Source: Leptogorgia sarmentosa (taxonomy: Eukaryota). Taken from it: 64,000 nucleotides of DNA. Numbering within the stretch: position 1 is the first letter of the stretch; each line of letters begins with the position of its first letter. The DNA lies in assembly GCA_964658305.1 (NCBI GenBank), contig OZ210885.1, positions 3,410,001 through 3,474,000 of the forward strand, written 5' to 3'. Of the stretch, positions 48,917-61,335 are shown in pieces. A model generated the notes under the pieces. It searched no databases, was not told the origin of the DNA, and saw nothing but the letters and a program-made list of their open reading frames with translations. A program made the translations under genes and the position numbers.

Positions 48917-51204
48917 GGAACGGGGTTGGAGTGTCCACTGACATGACGAATATCCGTGGTGAATTGTGCAATGAAATCAAGATGGCGTATCTCGCAAGGG
49001 GAGTGGTGTGTAGTTGACTTGTAAGGCAAAGGTGAGCGGTTTATGATCGGTCAAAACGAAGAACTCACGGCTTTCAAGATGATGACGGAACTGTCGCATA
49101 GCGAGGTACACGGCGAGAAGTTCGCGGCCAAAGGTGCTATACCGAGTTTCAGCAGGCTGAAGGCGTTTCGAGTAGAAACCGAGTGGTTGCCATGCATTGT
49201 TGACTTTCTGAAGGACTTCACCCACTGCCACGTCGGAGGGGTCGGTCATAAGAGACAGCTCAGCGTCGGGTTTCGGATGTGACAGCAGGGTGGAGTTGGC
49301 TAGGGCGGTCTTTACCATGTGGAAAGCGGACTTCGCGGAGTCGGACAAACTAGTGGAGAGTAGAGGGACTTTTTGGACGAGGTAGGAGAGCCGAGCATGT
49401 CGGTCAGCGCTTGAAGGATGCGTGAGAGCACTGGCAAATAAAACGTCGGTATAAATTCACGAGGCCGAGGAATTCACGGAGCTTGGTTAGGGATTGTGGG
49501 AGAGGAAAATCGCGGATTACGTCACTTTCGACTCGAGGGGTGTAATGCTTGTTTGCGAACTGAATGACCAAGAAACTAGAGAGAGAGGAAACACCAAAAA
49601 CAGATTTTGCATGATTAATAATCACGCCAAACTGGTGGAAACGGTCAAAAAGTAAACGTAAATGGGGTTAGTGTTCTGCAGGGTTAGTGATGGCGATGAG
49701 GATGTCGTCGATATACACATAAACAAAATCCATACCACCAGTAACTACGTCCATAAAACGTTGAAATGTTTGTGCTGCATTGCTTGCATTGCGAAGACGA
49801 AACGGCATCTTCAGGAATTCAAATAAGCCAAATGGTGTGGTGATGGTAGTTTTGCAAATATCGTCGTCGGCCACTGGAATTTGATGGTAGGAACGAACGA
49901 GGTCGATTTTGGAGAAAATTGTCTTACCATGCAGTGCGGCTGAGAAATCGTGAAGATGTGGAATTGGATACTGATCAGGCACGGTAACGCGGTTAAGGGC
50001 ACGATAATCTCCACAAAGACCCCTATCTGAAGCTTGGGAACCATATGGAGAGGAGAGGCCCAAGGACTGCTGGAGGGGCAAATAATTGCCATATCCAACA
50101 TGTTCTGGAATTCGTCTTTAGCAACTTTCAGGCGAGGAGGTGGAAGGTGACGAGCTCGAGCTGAGCACGGCGGATCACGGGTGACAATATGGTTTGCAAC
50201 ATTGTGCTTCACCGTTGTCTGCATGGTGGTAGGCCGAATAATGTCAGGGTATTCGCTGAGAATTTTCGTGTATGGAGTGGGTTGTTAGGAAGCGTAGACT
50301 GGGATAAGTACCGGTAGGGTTGAGTAACACCGTTGACGTGCAGGTGGGTTACCGCGTCAATCAAGCAATGGTTGCGAAGATCGACCAGGAGGTTGAAGTG
50401 GTGGAAGAAATCAGCGCCGATGATGGCGTGTTTGACATCAGTGACGGTGAATATCCAGGAGAAGAAACGTTGGAGACTAATGTTGAGGGTTAGTGATCTG
50501 GTACCATAGGTAGCAATTGTGGACGAATTGGCTGCCTGGAGATCATAACCTTGGCGATTAGTTCTGTCAGGTGGTCGTGGTGGAAAGACCTCACTTCCGC
50601 GCCCGTATCGATAAGGAATTGTTGCTTGGTCGTGGCGTCGGTTACCTAGAACAAGCGGCTTTGGTGGGAAACGCCAGAGCCAGACGATTCTGCAGCGTCT
50701 ATTGCCTGGCGTTTGAGTTTGACGGGGACGATTGAGGACCGAATGAACAGGGTGATGAACACTTTTTCACAACGGAACCAAATTTGGTGTGGTACCAACA
50801 AGCTGGGGAGCCAGTGGCTGGTTCAACGGGGATACAAGGCAGGCTGCAGTCACGGGTTGGAGAAGTTGAACGGTGGGTAGTCGAGCGGCTGCGGCGTCGT
50901 GAGTGATGACTGTTCCAGGGTTGGTTACAGTTGCGGCTAAAATTGTTGATGGTGGTTGTCAGCTGCGACACTAGTTCCGGGAGTTCGCGTAGTTCGATGG
51001 TGTTGGGTGAGTCGGTGGGGTCGGACGTGGAAGCCACGGTGGACAGGGCTGATGGACTCGGGTTTGGCGGGGCAACCTCTAGAATTTTATCTGCTAACTT
51101 GGCCAAGCTCCCAGAGTCTAGCTCCAAGATGAGTTGAGCGTTCGTTGGGAGGCGTTGAAGGAATATTTGCTGCATGATGGATGGTTCGAGTTGGTTGTCA
51201 CCAA
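48917..51204 (-). mobile_element. 3' part of split degenerate Gypsy (gag C-term, PR, RT, RNaseH)
   Basis: [50 protein letters not shown]; many frameshifts; ends at HVSGHSNPV. Confidence 0.92.
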
Positions 51205-51540
51205 ACTTGCACGAGTGTTTACATAACTCAATGTAAACATAGGAAAATGTTTTCTATTATTTTTATAAAATAACACGATGACAAAAGCGGAATAACGCAA
51301 TAGCGAGAAGCAGCGGGAAATAGCTGTGTTTACATAATCTCACATCAACACGGCTGTTAGCCAATCACGCGCGCGCAGTCTTTCTCACTTACTTCTGGTT
51401 ATTTTATAAAATGGGATGAAGCTAACATTTTAGCGATGGATAGTCATAAGTTCTCTCGCAAAATGAGAGTCTATTGAAATTGAAAAGCACGGCAAAATAG
51501 ATCAAGAGGGTGAGCCACTGGATTTCCCTATCGGCTGGTT

Positions 51541-52061
51541 AGGGACGATGCAAAATTTATGTTTATACGGGGCCGGAGCAAAAGGGGACGGGGCACATTT
51601 TTTGAGCTGCACAGAAGCGGGGCACAAAGAATTTTCATATGTTTCAGGCGGAGGACATATTCCACCATAGTAGCCCAAAAATGTGCTATTTTAATAAATT
51701 GTTGCATCATGTGGCAGCACAGAGTCATTGTCAGTTTCAGAATCTTCGTGTGATGAAGAAGATCAATCAACTACAAGTGATAGGCCAGCGCGGGGATTAT
51801 TCTCTTTAGGAGAAGTCCAAACCAGCAGGGGTCGCAACGTCAGACCTCCCTCACATTTTAGAGATTTTTTCTAATTTTTGTATAAAAACATTGCTTTGTT
51901 CAGTGCTATATATCCACCTGTTTTCTTCAGAAACTACAAGCTTTCTTTTACTAACGGTAGCGGGCAGCAACTTTGAGATTTTTCACGTTAATTTTAAGCG
52001 GGGCATGCACTTTTTTTAAAGTTAAAAATCAATTTGCTCCGGCGGTGGTACAATAAATTTT
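51541..52061. mobile_element. MITE truncated within its right TIR
   Basis: Left agggacgatgcAAAATTTAT..GCCGGAGCAAA; right TTTGCTCCGGC..ATAAATTTT, cut at the 52059 breakpoint. Confidence 0.6.
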
Positions 52062-52324
52062 ACACATTCGAAAAAAACATGAAATGTGTACAAACACAGA
52101 AAATAAAACTCAAGGTTAAATTTTAACCTAGGATTAGCCTTAACCCAGCTTTAAACAACTGTCCCCTGTATGATATTTTCTGTACGGACCGAGGAAGTGA
52201 GATTAATAAAAGTTTATTATATGGCAAGGCGTTTAAACCGGTGTAAATTACTTTATTTAATTAAACTGGTAAACTCGACGTCGTTAAAAGTTGATTGTGT
52301 ATATTATGAACCTCTATTTCTGAT

Positions 52325-52637
52325 AATACCATAGTACCATAATACCATAGTAATACCATAGTACCGTAGTAGTACCATAATACGATAGTACCATACTACC
52401 GTAGTACCATAGTAACCTAGTACCATAGTACCATAGTACCTTACAACCATAGTACCATAGTACCGTAGTACCATAAAACCATAGTGCCTTAGAACCATAG
52501 TACCTTAGAACCATAGTACCATAATACGATAGTACCATAGTACCGTAGTACCATAGTACCCTAGTACCATAGTACCATAGTACCTTAGAACCATAGTACC
52601 ATAGTACCATAGTACCGTAGTACCATAGTACCTTAGA
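52325..52637. repeat. 8-bp minisatellite (TACCATAG)n with 144-bp higher-order duplication
   Basis: Variant string taatacgat..taccgtag..cctag..cctta recurs at 52381 and 52525. Confidence 0.93.
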
Positions 52638-53168
52638 TTTTAGAACGATAGTACGTACTACGGTAGTGCGATATATATTACCCTAGTATAAGCAGTAGAA
52701 TTCAATATGTAGAACGACCAGTAGCCGTTCTACAAGCATATTAGGCCTGGTGTCTAATTATGTTAATGTATATTTGGTGACTGTGTGTCATAATAGAATT
52801 ATAACCGAAACCTGGGAAACCATACTTTGCAAAGTGGAAACACATGCTTCCTTCTCTCTGGAATGGTATTCACATGTTTCCATCTGCCAAACGGACGTAG
52901 AAATTATTATTTTTAGAAATTGTTTTTCATTTTTTATTGGGATTAGGGTTATTAACATTAAAACGATTGGGGTTAGGCTTACATTTATATTATATTATAT
53001 TTTGGCCAGTTTAAAATATTTCTTAATCTTGGTAAAATGATGTCATGTCAGTTTGGTGGATGGAAACAAACTTGCTGATGCTGGTATATTATGGTCAAAG
53101 CTTGTTCGAAGGTAGAAAATTGCAAAAGGATTTCCGAAAACACTTGCTTTTTCTGTCAATAACTCAGA

Positions 53169-56100
53169 ATGGACTCCAACAATGTACGTGTATATATTCA
53201 GGCGTCTTAACTAATGCTTTTTGTATATACTCTATCTTCAATAAAGCAAATCAAGCAATAGACTGTATGTGTACTTTTCGTATTTACTATTTCATCTTCG
53301 AATATTTTTAGAGGCTTCCAGTGTTTATTGGTGTTGGGGTTATTGGTGCATCTCTTATCTTTATTGCTCTTCGTAAATATTTCTCAAGCAGCAGTGAGAA
53401 GAAGAGACCAGTTGCATTAGACCCAACCAGGAAAATTGCATTTGAAATGATTGAGAAAGAGGTATAGTATTATTGAAGCAAGGGTTTACTTTTACTCACT
53501 TATACTTAAACGGTACAATAAGATTTGACATTCCGACGAAGAGCCTCGCTGCTGTGACTCGGCACTACCTAAATTGGCCATGTTTGCAGTATATAGTATT
53601 ATATTATAACCTAATATAATATGCATATATATATGCATAAGATGAATTTAATATACTGTACTATAATATAATATATAATATACGTTAATATAATATACAT
53701 TATATGCAAAAGTCAATATTGTTATTGTGATGTTACTCTGAGTATATATCTGCACTCGACAGGCTGAAAAATTAGCCTTGCCTCAGTGGGAATCAAATCC
53801 ACAACTGAGCTACGGTCAATTTGGTTCGAGTGTATGATATTTGAGAACTCGCTAGTTCCTTCGATATCTTGTAAGTTTTCTGATATAAGATTTTTCATGC
53901 TGCCTGGTGTGGATATATACTCAGAGTAACATAACAATAACATTCTGCACCTGAGTACATCATAACAGTGATATAAGCCAATAGTGTTTCCTATTTTCCT
54001 CAAGGGTTGATAATTTAATGTTGTTATGTGATATTTGTCTATCTTTGGGGTGAACCCATGGTCAGATCCTGATATACCAGCCTCAATCCCAAGGTGCAAT
54101 TGCAATTTACTTTGTTGGTTTCCTGGCATGACTTGCTTGGTTTCCTGGAAAAAATAGAAATGTCTGCTCTTTAATATGATGCACACTCAAATCTTATTAT
54201 TTGTCAATTAAAGCCCCTTTGGTTCATCAGTACTGGTACATTGTTATCAAAAGCATTTTTGTATACTGTAGCTTAAAAATTTGACCATGTGGGGATAATG
54301 TTGTCCCCAGGATAGTGATGTAGTTTTGAGCCAAAAATATTGCTCCAAATGAAAATGCAATATACAATCTGGATTAGGTTTCATCATAACTGCAAATTGG
54401 ATGCAAAGAGTCCAGCCAAAACCATTAAGGAATTTTTCATTTATAACAGTTTAGTCACATTATTTTAGTCTGGGACAGTGGTAACTTTAACCACCCAACC
54501 TTAGTTAGTAAGGGTTAAGAACAAGGGTGCTGTTGCTGGGGCAACCCTTGATTCTCAAAAACATGTTGCCAACATTTTAGGCTTATGTTGTCTTTATGCT
54601 AGTGCAGTCTGCTATTAATAAGTAAAAGCATCATGCTTGCACTGAATTTTCAAATTTTGAATCCATAGGAATTTATTATAATGCACAACAGTAAACAAAT
54701 TATTTGAAATTGCACATTTTCACTGCCAAGTACCAACAGATGCAAGAAACATTTATGGTGACTCGAACTACTGTTGTATCTCTATTTCAATATATGAATT
54801 CACATGAAACACAAGAATTACATGGGACACAAGAATTACATGGAACAGGACTATAGACAATTGCACTGACGTCCTAAATATGAAATTATATACATATAAT
54901 GAATATATTATATATATATAATAATAATATATGTCAAGTTGTTGTATTTTTCCAGATACTGTAGTTGTTAAGACATGTTAACCTTTCAAAATAAAATAAA
55001 TTAGTTGATCCAACCTTACAACCTTCTATTTAGGCCATTAGTCATGACACCAGAAGGTTTAGATTTGCTCTTCAGACACCAGACCACGTGTTGGGCCTTC
55101 CAGTTGGTGAGTAATAGTACATTCATTTTACCGCTAAGTTTTCTTTTCCATGCTTTGAGTGTGTCCAGTTTGGCAAAGTAGAAAATTTCTTAGCCACAGG
55201 GTTAAAGAAAAACTTTCTTCCAAAGTTTTCAATCAGTTTAGAGCTTAATAAGTTTTGACTTTATCAAATTGCGAAAATATTTATCAAGTATAATTATTTT
55301 GTTATGTTAGTAGTGTCTTCGTGCTTTAGTATGTATATAGTATGTTGACGTTAAACCTTCCTCACTGACCTTCTATATTGAAAACCTTACTCCAGGCAAT
55401 ACCCGTGTCACTGTAGTTTGTTTCCATTTCTGGTGGCAATCCAAGCCATTGCCTTCAGTTTGCTAGGCCAATGCCCAAAACAACATTTGAATTAAATTTT
55501 TCGTATTTCAGTAAATCAGTGACTGTCTGGTTTTGTACAAAGGTGTACTTGATGAAAGCTGCAATGATAAGTACATTCTCTCTTTTCCAGGTAAACACAT
55601 GTATTTAAGTGCCAGGATTAATGGTCATTTGGTGATCCGACCTTACACACCCGTCACTTCTGATGACGAAATTGGATATTTTGATCTTGTTATCAAGGTA
55701 ATGAAATTTCCAGGGGGGGGGGGGGGGTGGTCTTAGAAACAGGAGGAATTATAGGCCTACTTCATGCCAGAATTTTTCCACGAAATGCAAGTGTTGTATG
55801 AATGTTGAGTTTTAGTTTCGTAAAAAATTTGGGACTCTCAGTATAAGACACAACTATTTTCCGAGGGAGCAAACACTGACGTTTTGTTCAAAACAACCCG
55901 TTGTCGTTTTTTAGGTTTATTTCAAAAATGTTCATCCCAAGTTTCCAGAAGGTGGGAAAATGTCTCAACATTTGGAGGCAATGAATGTTGGTGATACAAT
56001 CGATGTTCGTGGGCCAAATGGTAAACTGGAATACAAGGGAAAAGGTACATAACCATTATTCACCATGGTCTTCGGTATCAGTAAATTGCGCAACACTCGA

Positions 56101-59100
56101 CCGTTTAACTTTGTTTGGTATAAGGACGAACTTTGGTATTTGTTACGATTTTTTTCGTATATGTAGTTCTAGCCAGGAAGAGAAAAAGTGATGAACTATA
56201 AGTTCTTCCAGTAGGAAGCCAACCTGTATAGTTGTGAGATACCGGTGCTCTGAGCAATAAGGGACATACGTAGATAAACAACAGCACACGTGGCCAGCGT
56301 AGGTAGCACTTCAGGATAACGAACAAGAGCAGGAAGGATAATCTCACTACCTAAACGATAAAACAGATTCGACATTTCGACCGAAGGGCCTTCGTCGGGA
56401 ATTAGTAGAGGGGAATTAGTAGTTTTATCGTTTAGGTAGTGAGATTATCCTTCCTGCTCTTGTTCGTCATACGTAGATAGTTGCCGGAAGCAAGCGGATT
56501 TGAAGTGTATTTAGGATGGTACATCTCTATCTACTTCTTTTTTCTCTCTGTTCAAAACCAGATGATCAGCGCTAAAAAAGTAGCGCTATGTTTATTCCTC
56601 CTTTTCAACAAATCCTTCTGATATATTCACTTGGGCAAAAACACCCAGAGGTTCTCCCCGATTCCCACACTAATTTCTGGTGATGGGCCTTTCTGAAACA
56701 TCGAATATAATCGTATTGTGTAGTGAGCAGAACTATTATTTTTTGAAAACAAATTTTTAAATGCATGAATTTTCTTGTAATTGGGAAATATTGGTATTAG
56801 CCATTCAGCCTGAAAGATGGCTTATATTTTCATTTCAGGTCGGTTTTCAATCGAGGAATCGAAGGATAAAACCGTAACAAGACGGTGCCAGCATGTGGGA
56901 ATGATTGCTGGTGGCACAGGTACTGTATTTCCGAATTATACTTGACGTTATAAACTAATTATCCTTAACGTTATGATTGTTATCTTGTGTTTTGTGCATG
57001 GTCCGGTGACAGTCTCCTTGTGATGTCGGAACGATGTTGGAAATTTCATGTGATAAGAGATATAGACAGTTAGGTCACATGGGGCGGATGAAGCGAGATG
57101 TAACGTGTGAGTTTTATCAGTGAGTTTTGTTAAAAAAAATAGTCGTATAAGCGGTGAGTGATTGATCTTAGGAAGCGTATCGGCGCCGGTTCATACGTTT
57201 TCTACAACGACATATGTGATTTTATTCAGGGAGTTTGAAAGCCCAGAAAAGTTCTGGCACCAGTCTTCAAATAGAAATCCATTTTCCTATCCCGACTTCC
57301 TGTACTAAATTTCTCATGAAATATAATTTACTTTGTTTCCAAATTTCAGGTAAACTTGTAATTTTCTTTACGATGTATCATACTAATTAAAGTACCTTAA
57401 TTTGTCTGTGCAGGTATCACACCAATGTTGCAAATTATTCGAGATATCCTAAAGCACGACGATGATAATACTCATATGTCTTTACTTTTCGCCAACCAGG
57501 TAAATACTGAAAATTCTACCCACCAAATTTGTGTAGGAAATTGCACGGTTCGAGAAGTATGAATGAAAAATTGCACGCCCGCGGTGTCTGGCTAATTACT
57601 TCGCCCAACACACAGGTGCAATTTTTCATCGAGATCTGGTGAACAAATGTAATTTTTCAGTTCACATTGTGTGGACATTAATCAGGACAAACCCCTTGCT
57701 CAAAGTTGAAAATTTTAGCGTTGTTTTAGTTGTTTCCAAGTTTATCGCGTACCCGGAATTGTGTAATCGAAAAGAAAACGACGCACCATTGTCATTAATG
57801 TTTTGTTCGCACAGTTCGTGAACCTTTTCAGCCAATCAGCGCCAAGGAATTTGACTACAAAAATGTTAATCGTGAACTATGTGAAGCTCAGTAAGATAAC
57901 TCAATGAAAATTTGTGGAGTTACAGTAACAAAAGTAGGCAAGCACCATGAGATTAGCGTTGTCTAAATTGTCTCAAGGCCAAATTTTGCAGTTGATATCA
58001 ATGTAGTCCATTTTTTTGCCGCTCATTAGCTTCGAAATCCGTCCAAATTAAACAATAATTACATGTGTGTATAATTAATGTTTTAATTACATGGTACCGA
58101 GCTCGCAAATGCGGTTAGATTAAAAGCAATTAAAACAGCACTAAAATTTCTACCATTACATAAAAATGGATTTTGGTGTAAATTTTTTGGTGGGGTGCAG
58201 TTGTCTGGCGTCCTCCCTCCCTGGGATTTCAAGCAATATATGAGCAGGACTCGCATGCTTATGTACCCTCTTGTAAAATGTCATCCTCTTTTGGTTGGAA
58301 CGAAGAGCGTTTCGTGAAATGTTGAGAAAAAACCCAACTTGTGCTGTTATGCATGTATATGCAAAATTGAAAACACTCTCGTATAATATCACCTGTATTG
58401 AATTCTTCTAGACGATATTGAAATATGTTCACAATGTCCAGTATGATTGAAGAATTTATAATTAGTTTTCATGACTTCAGCCCTCTGTTTGATCATCTTC
58501 AATGTTTAGACTGAGCAAGACATTTTGCTGCGAGATGAGCTTGAGGAAATTTTAGAAAAGTATCCTGATCGTTTTAAGCTGTGGTACACATTGGACCGAC
58601 CTCCGGAAGGTATGTTGGGGTGGGGCCATTCTACTGCAGACATGTTCTGCAACAAAGATCGAGAACGAGGGTGCAGCAATAAAGGTCCATACAGAGTGGA
58701 CGCGATCCGGTAACGCAACGCGATTTTTCCGTTTCGGGAAGAACAGAAAACTGTGCAACGAAGCCAATTCAACGCCATGTGAACCTGATGAGCTAAGATG
58801 TCTTGTCTCATTAAAACTCTGGGAAATATTGCATCAGGAACAATTATGAAAAAATCGCGTCGCGTTATACCAGCTGTGTGGGCCTTTAGTTTGTGGCTTA
58901 TTTGAATATACAAGGTAGTAGGTATTAGTTTTTCAAATTCACCTATGTACAGCTGTTTATAATCACGTGTATTACTACGACAATATACGTATTTTTTTTC
59001 TCATTTGAATGACCATAAAGATTTATTTTTAGGCTGGAAGTATAGCAGTGGTTTTGTGAACGAGGATATGATTAGAGATCATTTGCCTGCCGCTGGTGAC

Positions 59101-59205
59101 GAAACTCAAATTCTCATGTGTGGACCACCTCCAATGATAAAATATGCTTGTTTACCTAATCTGGAGAAGTTGGGTTTTACGCCTGATATGTACTTTGACT
59201 TTTAA
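53169..59205 (+). CDS. cyb5r3: NADH-cytochrome b5 reductase (CYB5R1/2/3 family), 9 exons, 304 aa: 53169-53183, 53312-53461, 55034-55106, 55591-55697, 55915-56044, 56839-56919, 57414-57499, 58510-58609, 59033-59205
   Basis: All introns GT-AG and in phase; [43 protein letters not shown]-terminal hydrophobic anchor. Exon 1 (MDSNN) is the least certain. Confidence 0.95.
53720..53942. mobile_element. Inverted-repeat element enclosing a tRNA-like A/B box core (intron 2)
   Basis: 31-bp arms 53720-53750 / 53912-53942 (one mismatch); minus-strand GACCGTAGCTCAGTTG-TGGATTTGATTCCCAC at 53781-53817. Confidence 0.65.
56277..56467. mobile_element. 191-bp Penelope-type insertion with hammerhead-like motif and perfect 46-bp inverted repeat (intron 5)
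   Basis: 12-bp TSD CATACGTAGATA (56265-56276, 56468-56479); arms 56319-56364 / 56422-56467; hammerhead-like 56367-56402 on minus. Confidence 0.8.
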
Positions 59206-59243
59206 GTGCTGCAAATACACGGCACAGTGGGGGAGGTATAGGT

Positions 59244-59544
59244 CAGCCTCGTACTCAGGTTCCCAATATTCGCTCCTACCTCGCTACAGTTGAGAAACCC
59301 TATTATCCGCTGGTCACCTGACCCATCATATCTTGGCGGATTTTTCAATTGGTGTAGTGAAAGTGTAGTAAGTAGATATGGCAGTGAACAACGATATTGT
59401 TAAAATAACATTAGAAAACAAAACATCTCATTTACTGTGAGTTTTAGAAAATAATTGAGCAAATGCGCCGGAATTCTCACAATAACGGGTCACACATGAC
59501 CAGCTGAGGTATGAGCGAAGATTGCGAACCTGGATACGAGGTTG
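59244..59544. mobile_element. MITE with ~39-bp TIRs and 9-bp TSD just after the cyb5r stop codon
   Basis: CAGCCTCGTACTCAGGTTC.. / ..GAACCTGGATACGAGGTTG; TSD GGTATAGGT / GTTATAGGT. Confidence 0.8.
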
Positions 59545-60820
59545 GTTATAGGTATATTGAGGAATAGGAAAATGAACATTGTGATCAAATATGTGCCCTT
59601 ATTCAAGGACACAAAGAAATAAACGGAAATTACTAAAATAAACTATTTGTTGTGGGTAACACTTGAGTATTTGGCTTCAAGTCATTCATACATGGGAAAT
59701 TCAAGTCATCCAGAATTGGAAAACCCAAGTATAAAATAAAGTCCAGACTGTTCCAGAGAGAAATGGCATTTACAAGCTTTTCGCAAATTTTCGCAACAAA
59801 ATTGGTGTTTACAATGGAAATGCCGTAAGTCCAGGGGTATTGGTGTTCCTTGTTCCTATAATCAACAAAAAGAGATGGGTAATAGAATACGATATAGGGT
59901 TATTAGTTGGACCGCTGAAATTATAATCAATTGAAAATTGATTTTGTTTTATTAGGGAAAACATAGAACTTTGAGCCAGACAATCAAAAGATTCTGGAGT
60001 TCGTCAAATGTGGACTAAAAAAATGTTTGCTCAAAAAAAGAAAAAAAATTATCAAGTAGAGTCTCAGGATACAGTGTTTATTTCCCTGCTGCCAGGATTT
60101 TTCTATGCTTTTACTATAACAAAAAGAGACTATTGAGGTACAAGAGTTTTTTAATGCGAGCATGAGTGTTACTTGGCAACAAATTTAGTTACTTCAACCA
60201 AACGTGTAATATATAGAAAGACCATTTAGAAAACCACAAGTGCATGTACTTATTGTAACTAATTTGATTAATTGTGAATTATGAATGATGGAAAAAATTG
60301 ATATTTCGGTACTACACATCGATACCTCGAATCTTATTGTATCGTTTAGGTAGTGATCTGGGGTCGGTCAAACACATTTAGCCTAAACCTGTGTATAAGT
60401 TTCGCAGATTATACTTAGAGTATTTGCCTCCCGGTTGGTATCTACGAAATGTCCCTCGAATAAAATCACAAAACCACTCACAATATGAACTCTGTGTTTT
60501 GTACACGAACACATGGACAAGTCGGAATCCTATTGGCTGACAATTGCAGAATTGTTCATTTCCGGTCACGTGACATTCTACAACACTTGTATTATTAACT
60601 TAAACTTTTTCCAACATAAGCACATCTCTATTCATAATTGAACTTAACTTTTCAAACTAAATATGTAGTTTTGTGCATATAGTTGTTATGTTTAGACAAA
60701 AGATTAGTTTGCTTGTAGTCAATAGACTTGTCTGGGGTTGTTTCACTTATCCACCGTTTAAGTTAAACGGCTTTGACACAACCGACCCCAGAACTGTTGC
60801 TGCTTGTTGATGCCCTACTG

Positions 60821-61335
60821 CAGTGGCGGATTAAGGGGGGGGCTGACTGGGCTACAGCCAGGGGCCCGCAGATTTGCTGGTCCCATGGGGGCCCGCGGCC
60901 GCCTTACTATTTTTTAAACAATGTTCAAGGTAGAAATAATAAAATTTCATTCATTGAACTTAATCATTACTCGAAATTTAGATTTGCGCCAATGTTTTCA
61001 AGTACGATTTTTTCCTTTTGCGGAATCAGCATTCGTATTGATTAGTTTCCAGTTTTCCTGCATGAAATTCAAATGGCGTCGATGGCATGACAGGACGATT
61101 CAAATTTCAATACCATTGGAAGAGAAAGAAGGCATTAAGGTTCAATCAAGTCTAAAAACAATAACACCTTCACGTTTTTTGTTGTTTTGTTGTTTATGTG
61201 GATATAAAAGCTCCAGAAAAAAATCCACAGTCTAGCCAGGTAGCTGGATGTAGCCGAAAGGTAAAGCAGCGTCCAGGTCTGGGGGCCCAATCAGAAAAAT
61301 AGCCAGGGGCCCCATGAATCGTTAATCCGCCACTG
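60821..61335. mobile_element. hAT-type MITE
   Basis: Perfect 14-bp TIR CAGTGGCGGATTAA; 8-bp TSD CCCTACTG. Confidence 0.93.

Noticed and set aside
52304..52610. Tyr/Trp-rich repetitive proteins
   Set aside because: Translations of an 8-bp minisatellite
53528..53570. Hammerhead-like ccgacgaagagcc..gactcggcac
   Set aside because: Both core halves are mutated (no CUGA, no GAAA); too weak to call
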